DNA from: Rhizodiscina lignyota
Lineage: Eukaryota
Direction: 5' to 3'
Length of the DNA stretch: 64,000 nt
NCBI GenBank assembly: GCA_010015805.1
Contig: ML978123.1
Location: 2,232,001-2,296,000, forward strand
Every line of letters begins with the position of its first letter. Positions within the stretch are counted from its first letter, which is position 1. This document shows, in pieces, positions 11,402-21,850 of the stretch. Under the pieces are notes generated by a model, which saw only the letters and a program-made list of their open reading frames with translations, did not search any database and had not been told where the DNA came from. A program made the translations under genes and the position numbers.

Positions 11402-12249
11402 ATGGCTCGCGCTCCTCATATCGTCGAGGTATCTCACCCATATGCTCTGATTCTGAAAATCAAACAACTCGTCCTTTCAATTGTCCTCCTCGGGCTCCTT
11501 GCTTATCTAGCTTGGGGCCTCAGCGTCACTGGTTTGGGCACTTACGGTCCCAACATCGCCACTGGTGCCATAGGCGTGGGTCTCTTCAGCGTGAGTTCGC
11601 CAACCACAAGATGATTAGGCCAGAGGAGAGTGATTGACGAAAATCCAGGTCTGCCTGACCATTATCTTTTGTATCTACTATATCGCCTCGACTTCATGCG
11701 CACCTAGCCTGTACAATTACTGGGCTGTAATCTCGCTCGAGGCTGCTGCGGTTCTCTTCTGGCTCATCAGTTTCGCCTTGCTCGCCGACATTACTGCGGC
11801 TCTTGTTAGTGCATATAACGCGGCCGACACGTACTACTCGAACTACGACTCGTCTGATGACTGCACTGACTACGATTCTGATGGCTACTGTGATTACAAG
11901 CGCGCCGTTCGCAGCTTGACCAAGCGCGTTGCTGTCGATCCTGCAACTGCCATCGTCTACGCCTCATTCGCTTTGGCAACCATTGAGTGGTGGGTCTTTG
12001 GCACTCCTTTGCAGCAAAGCATGATGCTTATCAAGTCACAGGATTCTCTTCATTGTCTCCCTCGTTCTCTTTTCTATCCGTGTTCACCGTCACCGCACCG
12101 CCGGCCTTCCGAACCGACCAGGTGATGACAGGTCTCAAGGCTACACGCCGAAGCAGATGGAGGCACAGCACCAGCCAATGCCTGCACCGGAATATCAAGG
12201 TCAAGCACCGCCGCCGCAACAGGGTTTCGTTCAACAACCGATGCACTAG
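11402..12249 (+). CDS. MARVEL-domain four-TM membrane protein, 3 exons
   Basis: Four hydrophobic helices (QLVLSIVLLGL; LTIIFCIYYI; YNYWAVISLE...FWLISFALLA; ALATIEWILFIVSL) and a Pro/Gln-rich tail ending QQPMH*. Two GT-AG introns. Confidence 0.85.
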
Positions 12250-13347
12250 ACGACTGCTCGCTTGAATTTGTGATTCGCAGGGTGAAAGGAAGAAGCCGTA
12301 AAGGAATGGTCGATCAATGAGCACAACTAAGCCTTTCATGGCAAATTATGCGGGGCAATGGTAGATGTTGGAAATATGGAGTATGGAGGTCAACATCAAT
12401 GCGTACGGATTTTTTTTTATATCTACTAATTGTAAATGTCGATACCTTACCAAGCACGAAATTCACCAGCTTGTTTTTCAATAATTGATGCTCCATCTCT
12501 ATTAAAGAGCGGTGCGCACGTGACGTGGTGCGTTTCATCGATCCAGCCACCCAGCCACCCAGCCTCCAGGCAACAAGCTACATCATCTGGAGCTTGTTCT
12601 AAACTTTCCGAAACCCAACAACTAACTATCCAAAGGAGTTCTCTCGACACACCGAATCCTATCTCCTCGCCTTCATTCATGATTTGAAACGATGGGCAAA
12701 CGACGCACAAAGGTGTTTCCCCCCTTACCACACTACAGACTTGAAAATACTCTCACGAGCACTAGAACAAATCCCCCGCAAGGCATGGACCGTCGTTCAT
12801 GACTCTACCAATCGAGATCCGTCAAAAGATTTTCGCTTTCGCGATCGACCGGTCACTGCCGGTACACATCAAGGACATTGATTAAGACGCCGAGGAGAAC
12901 TGGACGCCATACTCAATGTTCTCATTGATCCGCATCAACGCACAGCTTCGATGCGAGATGCTCCACGTGCTAACACAGAGGTTGAGAGATGTGGATGCAT
13001 GGCTCGAAAGTACAGTGCCCGCAACGCGGTCGCTCATCTCGTGGGATACGTCGCAGTACGAATACAATATCCTACAGTCTTTGATAACTCTGATTACCAT
13101 CGCAAGGAATACTCAAGATGTTGCGCGAGGTCTCTGGATAATTGGCTCAGCCTCGCTATGAATCAACGAAAGTGGCGTGGAGGAGTTTGAGGCGCTGCAG
13201 GCACAGTACAAGGGAACAGTCGGTGGGCATACGGACATGTTGACGAGGCTTTTCAGCCAAGCTTACAGTTGGACTTTATTCATTTGAGATATCTCGATTC
13301 GTCTCGCCTACATTGGGCTTCGACGCTAAGTCAGCTTCTTTGTTGTT

Positions 13348-14664
13348 TCAGAAGATGGCCATAATGTTAGGCGGAGAGGCAACCACTCCAGTATAGTCCA
13401 ATGGCGAAGACGATACGAAGAAACTGTATCGACCGAATTTCTGACACATCTTCGACAGCTCCTCCAAAAAGAAAAGCTCTCCAATTGACGTGCCCCAGCC
13501 TGAAAGCAGCATCGGATGCATCATGCCAAAGTCGGGATCTATTGGGGCTATTGTATCTCCGTGTCAGCCCTACAGGCATTCGAATAGGTTTCGCGGTGAG
13601 TTGCGAGGTCTTGCAGACTTACGGATGCACTCAAAGCCAGGCTGGTCTCCGGCAACTGCAGAAAACTGATTCTCCCACAGCCATTTAAGCACCTCCACGG
13701 AGGCAGTGAGACCTGGGTAGGATTGTCTTCCAGCAATCTCTTCCTTTTTCGCCGCATCAAGTTTGGTGTACCCCTCGGTGAAACCTTATTTCGTCAGTTT
13801 CTCCAATCTCCATCCCCGGTAAACACGTCGTCCTTGCTGTATGACGTACCTGTGCGGATGATGAGAATGTCGCCTGTTCGCGGCTCAAGCTTCTCCTCTT
13901 TGATGATGGTCTTGACATGGTCTAACGGTATGGCATACTGGCTCACGCGATCATACTCGACGTTGTTCTTCTGGGCCCAAGCATGATAGTCGATCAAAAT
14001 GCCTCTTCCCGCAACACCTTGCTTCGCCCATGACTCGGCTCCGTTCACAGTACTGTTTGGGTCGCCATGGATATCATCTTGCGAGACACTAAAGAAAGGT
14101 TAGCTGACATGTATTACTGAAATCGGATCACGCAGCAACATACTTATTATAAAATTTCCCCTCTTTTTGATAGGCGAAATGACGGAGACCGTCCCACTGG
14201 CTACTGCTCTGGGTGTTGATGGAAATCTAATTGAATCTTAGCACTGCCATCCACATCGGGACTTATTACACATACGACATCATCATTGATGACTCGAGGA
14301 GCCTTGTTAATGACCTGTCTTTCAAAGACCTTACGATTGAACAATGGAGGCTGCAGAAAATCTAATGGCAAGCTACCGGACATAGCTCAGCTTCTCCAAT
14401 TCCCACTTCGAGTCGGATTTCCTTTCTACTCACTTCAATGAAATCCGAGCTCCTGTCTGGATCTCCTCCTTTGCAGCACGAAGGACAACGTCATCAGTCA
14501 AATGATTGAATGCTCCCTATTTGAGTACTTTAGCAGAGAGCTCTGTATCCCTTGTAGTACGTCAACCTTACGAGTTCTGGTTTCTCCCAAAGTCCCCACG
14601 CCGAATATGGAGGATCTCCCTTGCGGAGTGGAAGATCTTCGAAAGCTGGTATCTGTTTCGACAT
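13348..14664 (-). CDS. Putative cyclase / kynurenine-formamidase-like metal-dependent hydrolase, 7 exons
   Basis: Spliced motifs PPYSAWGLW, NTQSSSQWDGLRHFAY, GVAGRGILID, GDILIIRTG, WLWENQFSAVAGD, GWGTSIGEL and GVASPPNIMAIF*. Confidence 0.9.
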
Positions 14665-15605
14665 TGTAATAAATTTGATGAAATGATACGTTTGAGATGC
14701 CCTGACGCAAAAATCTGTAGCTGAAATGATCCGCGTTCGGGTCTGCTCGACGATATCGGCTGATGAGGGGTTCACGCGCGGACTCTGAAGATCCGCTGAT
14801 TGAATTCGTCGGCATCAGAGCGCCGCTTTTTGATTGAGAATGGTTTTCGAAATGGTGATTGATAGACATGATGATGGATTAATATTGCATGCGCTGGAGA
14901 TTGACTGGAAAGGGCAGAACAGCGTCATCGAGATTATATCCTACACATGTCCAGAGCTCCAACTGTTCTCTTCATCGAATGAGCGACTCCATCTCACAGC
15001 AGCAAGCCTCGCAATTAAAACTATACATCTCGGACACTGTCTTTTCTTTTATAGATTTCGCATCCTCCTGTCGCTAGGAATTTCCTAAAGAAGCACAGTC
15101 AAACTCAAACATATCTCTCAAAATGAATATTCTCCACTTTTGTCTACATTAGAATCTGACCAAGCTTCTCCTATTTGCGGAATTGACACTTTCCCTGCAT
15201 AGAATAACTTCAAAGAGCTAGATGCACAGCATTTAAAGCGGTCAAACTCCCAGAGTGTACCCTGATGGTCTAACGGTAACCCTGCTGACCTCATGGGACA
15301 ACATCTAATCGACACTCTACAGGGAACTATCCAGCCTCCAATAGGTCCACGTTAATAAATTTCCATTGTGCTCATAATGGTCCCATAGAAGATTCGCTCT
15401 GACGAGTAGCTCTATCACTGGAAGATGCACAAGAGTCTCATGGCTTCAATGTATCATTCATATTCCGTTTTCTACTGTCCTTACCCACAAGGCAATTAGT
15501 GTATCCGCGATGCGAAGTATACTCTAGCTAATAAAACGTAAAAGAAACAAAATCCGGAACGCCGACCGTCAACACAGAAGCTCACTCCATAATGGGCCTC
15601 TGTGC

Positions 15606-16097
15606 TCATACAGCAACTCCCAGCATAAAGCTTGTTGCCAAAATAGCGAATGCGACCCAGGCACCTTTGGAGGCGCCTTCCGCAGCGATTGCGGATGCTG
15701 CACCAGTCTTCGATGGACTCGGTGAGGAGTTGGTTTCGGTCGAGCTGCCGTTGTGCTGTGTGGACTTCGATGCACATATCACCGGCGCAAGTGTTGGATT
15801 AAAAGAGTTCGACAAGCATTGTAACAGCTGGTCCTGGGTTTGTTGTCGTGCCACGCAATAAGCGCTGCAGTCTCCGCGGTAAAGGACGATGGGCGCTCCG
15901 TTGCAGCAATGTCGCAGCGCAGCGGTTGCGTTGTTTGCGTAGCCTTGCTCGTATTGGAAGGATATGGCGCAAGCGGCCGTATCTAGGATGGGGAGGCCAT
16001 ATGTAGCTCCCTTCTCACACGTGGTTCCTGTAGGACGCGGAGGCACACCTGTGGAAGTGAAGGTCGAAACTGGAACGGGGCTGGCGATTTGAGACAT
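15606..16097 (-). CDS. Small 8-Cys protein with Ser/Thr stalk and hydrophobic C-terminus (GPI- or tail-anchor-like)
   Basis: First ATG at 16097. Cys domain ACA...CC...DC..YC.A..QT...L..CL followed by an S/T-rich linker and GAWVAFAILATSFMLGVAV*. Confidence 0.75.
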   Translation of the reverse strand: MSQIASPVPVSTFTSTGVPPRPTGTTCEKGATYGLPILDTAACAISFQYEQGYANNATAALRHCCNGAPIVLYRGDCSAYCVARQQTQDQLLQCLSNSFNPTLAPVICASKSTQHNGSSTETNSSPSPSKTGAASAIAAEGASKGAWVAFAILATSFMLGVAV

Positions 16098-17167
16098 GTC
16101 GGGGAGTTTCAATGACCTCTCTATGGGAGTTAAAATGATTAAAGAATGAGGAGATGAGGGAGTCGATTGGGAAAAACTTGAGCTGATTTGTGCAACCTCT
16201 TAAAGAGTGGCAATCGAATGATATGGGGCCGAGAACCTATCTCCTCAGACTTCAACGATACCTCAAGAGGCATTAAGTCATATCCTAATCCGAATCTTAC
16301 ATTCAGAGGCGCATGCATAACTTGGATATTTTAACATCGTTGCGAGCGAGGCTTGCGCGAGGATTGACCTTTTCGAGACTTTGCTAGAGCTGCGGTTGTA
16401 TCCAACTTCTGGAGTGGCTTAGCGTCCAGCCTCACGGCAAGACAGCATATCCGCCCAGCTGAAATCTGGGTGTCAGATTCCCGATATGCCGACCTCTTGC
16501 GTCTTCTTCTTTCATTCCAAGGAGAAGCTTCAAGTATTGTGAGCTGAATGGACTGGACAATAACCGCATCGAGCACACAATGGAGAAAGTTTGACGTCTG
16601 TCAGGACCGTGTTGAAGACGAATTCAGGGAATATTGTCGAAGCTATGGGCAAAACAGCGAAAGGCTGAAGAAAAGAAGCTTTGCCAGTTGAAGTTCATCT
16701 CCTCCGGGTCAATCATGATACGACTTAGATATTTGAGTCGATAATGCTGAATAGAGTATTATGCCATGTCGCGGTGACGCTCGCCAACTCATTTTATCAG
16801 AGGCTACGCTAGAGCTCACTAGGTATAACGTTGCGCACGGGCAACAACTGTACGAAGGAGCGAGATTTCCGGGGGCGACATATTTAGGTGAGATGGTACC
16901 GAGTTTTAGGTGGGGTAGCCCCTTCGAACTCTGGGTGCCTCTGTCGCTTTCGGGATTCTAGCTCCATTCGTTGTGTATGGAGGAGAGGAACAGCTTCGAA
17001 CCCCTCATTATCCGAGGTATGGGACCAGCTAATGGGCCAGACAAGATCCAATGGCCCTAAGAACAGTCTTTCGACTCTCAAGAAGCTGTAAAATCCAATG
17101 CAGGAGATCACCTTCGTCGCAGACAGTTCAGATTCAGCAAAGAAAAGTCAACTCTCAAGCCTTCATC

Positions 17168-17924
17168 ATGCCTACCGCCGGCCTCCTTTTCGCTAAGACT
17201 AGCCCGAAGCACCCTGATCTCACAGAAGAGGTCTTCAATAAGTGGTACTCGACAGAGCATATCCAGGATGTCGTTGACGCTGGCCTCGCCGATCTTGCAA
17301 TTCGCTACAAAAATCTAGACCCTAAGGCCAAATATCAGTACCTTGCTGTTTATCGCATTCCAGATGTATCCAAGCTTTCTGACGAAAAGTTCATGGCAAC
17401 CATTAAAAAAGACTCGAAGTTGTTGCCTGGAAAAGAACCAGGGAAAAACGGCGAATGGCCTGATGTTCTGGACGCTGAAATTCCCGGCTACGAGATTCTT
17501 CAGAGCTTCGAAGGCCCAAATGATCAGAAGACGAGGGCGAAAGGCATCGTGACCGTAGCTATGGAACCTGCAGAGGGAACCGATGATGACTTCGATGATT
17601 GGTACCGCAAGCAGGTATGCACAGTGCTACTCGTTCATACTCCAGAAACGTCGAGTAAAGACCACTCACTCTGAGTAGCATCTTGACATGATTTCAATGT
17701 GTCGTGGTTATCACAGATCAACGAGATATAAGAAACTAGACGGGTCCAAGCCCCGGTATCTCGCCATTCACGAGTACGAGACTACCGACTTTCCGGGTGA
17801 TCAACTCAAGGTCGTCGTTGGAACGGAGTGGAGCAAGAAGGTCATTAAGAATTCTCCAATTTTCGACAGGAACATGTGGGAGTACATCACAGAGTACCGT
17901 AAAGGCGGCCAGGAGAAGCTCTAG
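17168..17924 (+). CDS. EthD-like dimeric alpha/beta-barrel protein with tandem domains, 2 exons
   Basis: Two repeats of the signature: FNKWYSTEHI...YLAVY and FDDWYRKQ|HLDM...YLAIHEY. One intron after YRKQ. Confidence 0.85.
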
Positions 17925-18044
17925 TGCTTCTTGTGAACTCGATTTTGCTGCTACGTAACATGTTCCTCTGTGTGAACTGACATGAACATATTTGCCGCAG
18001 AAATGTCTTCTTTCGTATCAACTGATCTCGCATCACATCATTGA

Positions 18045-18743
18045 CTATAACGACGGTTTTGCAGCTCGTTTCCAATCTTCTGTTGCCAATGGTGTTTGCA
18101 CAAAACTTGGACGCGTTTTAATATTTTCATACCAGTTCCGCAGAGCATCCCTACCTTGCCTCCACTCAACCTTTCTGGTGTCAAAAAATCTCAAGGCAAC
18201 AGCAGCAGATACTTCAGCAAGGCTTATGGTCTGTTGCGCTTCCCGTGTTCTGATGGCACCACTCTTTGCCATTCGCTCCAGGAAATCGAACCCTCGAGTA
18301 ACCTTCTCCCGCTGACCGTCGATCCAAGGTTGGTAGAGCAAGCCCTTCTCAGCTCTGATTCTCTCTTCATACACACATAGGATCTCTGCGTCCACCATCC
18401 CATCACACGCTGCATGAATGCTCTTCTCCTGCCATCGAACCCGATCTGATTTAATCTCCTCCACGACTTCCGTGCCAGCCCGTGCAATTAGGTATTCACA
18501 AATGACCTTCGAGTCAAAGATGGCTAAAGGCCCACCTTCAATGTCCTCCACTACTAATGTGGGGATTTTGGCCAGAGGATTGCCGGCGTCCGACAGGTAG
18601 AGGTTATTGTCGCTCCAGCCTGGGTATGGGACTGGGGCAACGACGACTTTGTCCAGGGTGATCAAATGTGCAAGCCCTAGCTCAATTGCAAGAACGTAGA
18701 CCTTTCGCGAGTATGGTGACAGAGGGTGGTAAATAAGTCTCAT
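18045..18743 (-). CDS. Glutathione S-transferase, YibF-like, intronless
   Basis: SPYSRKV, NPLAKIPTL and FDSKVICEYL N-domain motifs; DGMVDA...QREKV.RGFDFLE C-domain. Confidence 0.88.
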   Translation of the reverse strand: MRLIYHPLSPYSRKVYVLAIELGLAHLITLDKVVVAPVPYPGWSDNNLYLSDAGNPLAKIPTLVVEDIEGGPLAIFDSKVICEYLIARAGTEVVEEIKSDRVRWQEKSIHAACDGMVDAEILCVYEERIRAEKGLLYQPWIDGQREKVTRGFDFLERMAKSGAIRTREAQQTISLAEVSAAVALRFFDTRKVEWRQGRDALRNWYENIKTRPSFVQTPLATEDWKRAAKPSL

Positions 18744-19238
18744 GTTGTTAAGCTTTTGAGCGGGCTTCGGGGGTAATTACTGAAAACAGCTAGAGTATGC
18801 CGCAAATAAATCGAGGTGAATGTGGGGAAGTTGATGGGGACTGCTTCGTATGTACGGTAGTTCCAATCGTCGCTGGCATCATTCATAAAGGAAAGAGATA
18901 AAGCCAACCGCCGTCCGTAGATGCTTTGCTTTCCACTGTTGTTGGTTGTGGCTGTTATTATCTTCATATCCCCCGCACTACGAGCGAAGCTCGGCACACC
19001 TCGCAAGGACCTCTTAAGGCCTCGTAGCGAGAGCTGGGAAGCCGAGATGTATCTTTTTCATTCCACGCCGTACACTACCTCAATTCTTTCGCTACGGCCC
19101 TTCCCATCTCCTCCATCTTCCAAGGCTAGACGGTCTTTCGTATATAGATGCCGTAAATACAAGCGCTCCTAAACTGGGTACGAAGTCAGCATTTTCCCTA
19201 TCGCAGCCTATGAGAAAAGTACACAACCGCCGGCAACA

Positions 19239-19760
19239 ATGGCGTTTCCGAAGAGAGACTCTCGTAGCCGCGACAAGCCTTCGCTATATGAGTTCCTCTG
19301 GAATGATACTACTGCTACTCCAGAGGAGCGCATGAGGAAAGTGCTCCACTTCTACGTGGAAGACGGTCGGTTCGATGCCAGATGTGTCCGCGACACACGC
19401 GTTATATCTGTCGACTTGAAGACGAATACCGTTGTGTACGAAATCGACATACAACCGTACCTGTGTAGCAGGACGAAAACGCTACACGGAGGTGCGGCGG
19501 CCACTCTTCTGGACATGCTCACGTCCGCCATCTTGACACTCCTGGCCAAACCGGGAGCGTTCGATCTGGGGCACGTGTCGAGAACGATCACTATGTCGTA
19601 TCTAAGGCCGGTTAATGAGGGCCAGACTGTGAGAATTGAGTGCAGACCGGTATCTCTGGGAAAGAACACGGCGAATGTGTATGGAGAGATCAGGACTTTG
19701 GAAGGCAAGGTCTGCGTTACGTGCGTCCACGACAAGGTTGTCTTCGGATCCAAGATATAG
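19239..19760 (+). CDS. PaaI/ACOT13-type hot-dog-fold acyl-CoA thioesterase
   Basis: TLHGGAAATLLD, VSRTITMSYLRPV and CVHDKV motifs. TATA upstream at about 19141. Confidence 0.88.
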   Translation: MAFPKRDSRSRDKPSLYEFLWNDTTATPEERMRKVLHFYVEDGRFDARCVRDTRVISVDLKTNTVVYEIDIQPYLCSRTKTLHGGAAATLLDMLTSAILTLLAKPGAFDLGHVSRTITMSYLRPVNEGQTVRIECRPVSLGKNTANVYGEIRTLEGKVCVTCVHDKVVFGSKI

Positions 19761-20191
19761 CGCTCTGGGTCTCTAGAAAGAGAGAAAGCTTAGGGGAATA
19801 TGTTCAGACTATATAGAGGCAGCCATCCTGATAGATTCTCAATACTGTTCCGGTCCACTTCTCACAGCTGACAGCTGATATCGTTCAGGACTACTGTTAA
19901 TGTGGTTGGCTCACCTAAGGGGCGTAATGCAACTTCATCGCTTGCATCGGGCCTTGTACAATCGTGCCAATGGTCGATTGGGTGGGTCGAGGGAACCATA
20001 TCGTTGTTTGTACGACCTGCGGAGTATTACTTACGATACCTGCAACATGAAGGCTGAGAATCCTTGGAATACGAGTTTGTAGATGCCAAGCCCTGGTACC
20101 TGGCCTGGTTGCCCAAAACAACTCAAACCCCCGATGCTCCGTCTAGGTGCGAAGCATCACTTTTGAATTCGTTACCGTTTCTATATCCTTG

Positions 20192-21535
20192 ATGCTCTCG
20201 CGGTCCTTGTTCCAGCAGCTGACAGACAGCATACTGATTTCGAGTTATATAATACCAAACCACACACGAGTGCTCTCCCGGAACTGTTTGCGCCTCTCGC
20301 AGAACATTCCTTTCGCGAAGCATGCATCGTCTTCCTCCTCGACAAGATGGAAAGCCCGTCAATCGCGGGATCGGTTCGCAAAGGATGCAAAAGTCCAAGG
20401 GCTGAAGAGTCGCGCTGCGTTCAAGCTGCTTGAGGTTAGATTTCGTCGAGAAATCTCCCAACGCGCTAATTTTTGTGGAAGATGAATGAGAAGTATAAGC
20501 TATTCAGACCGGGCATTACTGTTGTCGATTTGGTTTGTCTGCCCTTTAAAGTTCAGCATTGTCTTTTTACTGACCTCTCCAGGGATACGCGCCAGGTTCA
20601 TGGTCTCAGGTAGCCTACCTTCTGTCCTATCTACCTTCCTAATACTCGGCCTAACCTTACATGAAGGTTGCTGTATCGCGAACTCAACCCCGAGGCCGAG
20701 TGATTGGCATCGACATAATTCCAGCACAACCTCCAAGGGGTGTCTCTACTATACAGGGCAACTTCCTCGACCCGGGCGTCCAAGAGAGCGTACGGACATA
20801 CGTCCAAGACCCTGATCGCGGAAGACCTCGACGTCCTACAATTTTGGCAGATCCAGACTTTGAGGCGAATGACATGGATAGCATATCGATTGAAGAGCTT
20901 GAGGATGCGAACAAGTCATACATCGATCTAGAGCGGCAAACCAGTGTTGGCAGTGACATTCATACCGCGAGACATCTACAGGTTGAGGCGGATAATGGAG
21001 TTAGGAAGAAGTTGAGTACGAAGGAAAGAGACGAACGACTAGGCAGAGTGGTCGATGTAGTACTCAGTGATATGTCAGCGCCCTGGGAACTGACATCGGG
21101 TATGTGGGTGAATAGCGTTTCTAATCCGTATCGCAGGATGATGAATACAAGCGGCGTGTCATTTCGTGATCATGCTGGAAGCATGGTGAGTCTTGCATAC
21201 ACCAAAATCGACGATTTCTCCGCGCAGCTCACGAATGAAAGGATCTCTGTATCGCAGCTTTGACGTTTTGCTTCGATGCTCTGCGTACTGGTGGCCACTT
21301 CGTTTGCAAGTTCTACCAAGGGGCGGAAGAGAAGTTGCTGGAGAAGAAGTTGAAGAGGCTGTTCGAAAAGGTGCACAGAGAGAAGCCAGATGCCAGTAGA
21401 GATGTAAGCTCCCTTGTATGTGTACTTCAAAAATTATTACTGACATCGGTTCGCAAGGGTTCGAAAGAAGCATACTTTGTTGCGCTGAAGCGCAAAGCCG
21501 ATCCCCCTCGAGAACAAGTCTTCGCAGATGATTAG
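20192..21535 (+). CDS. MRM2: Mitochondrial rRNA 2'-O-methyltransferase (FtsJ/RlmE family), 6 exons
   Basis: Mitochondrial-type leader. Motifs RW..RQ.RD.F, KSRAAFKLLE, VVDL|GYAPGSWSQ|VA, IGIDI, VDVVLSDM, GGHFVCKFYQG and KPDASR. Confidence 0.92.
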
Positions 21536-21850
21536 ACAAGGTGTCGAACGGGACATGTTAATACCAAAGGCTACACACGGTTACGCTTCTACGGACTCCT
21601 CTCCCGTCTGGCCTCGTAGGAGCTGGATGACGGCTGTTTGATATCTGGCGGAATCTAACTGTAATCGCACAGTATCAAATGGCACTCCGATCAGCTTGAT
21701 ATAAAGCTGTTCTTTGGGGTATTGTACATAAATAGAGAATTGTAGCGCCCCTCGCCCTTATTGGGCAGTGCAACATGCCTCCGATAGAAGCCCGATAGAA
21801 ACCAGCCTGTGGTCGTGCCACGGGAACATAAAATACCAAAGCGACATCTC

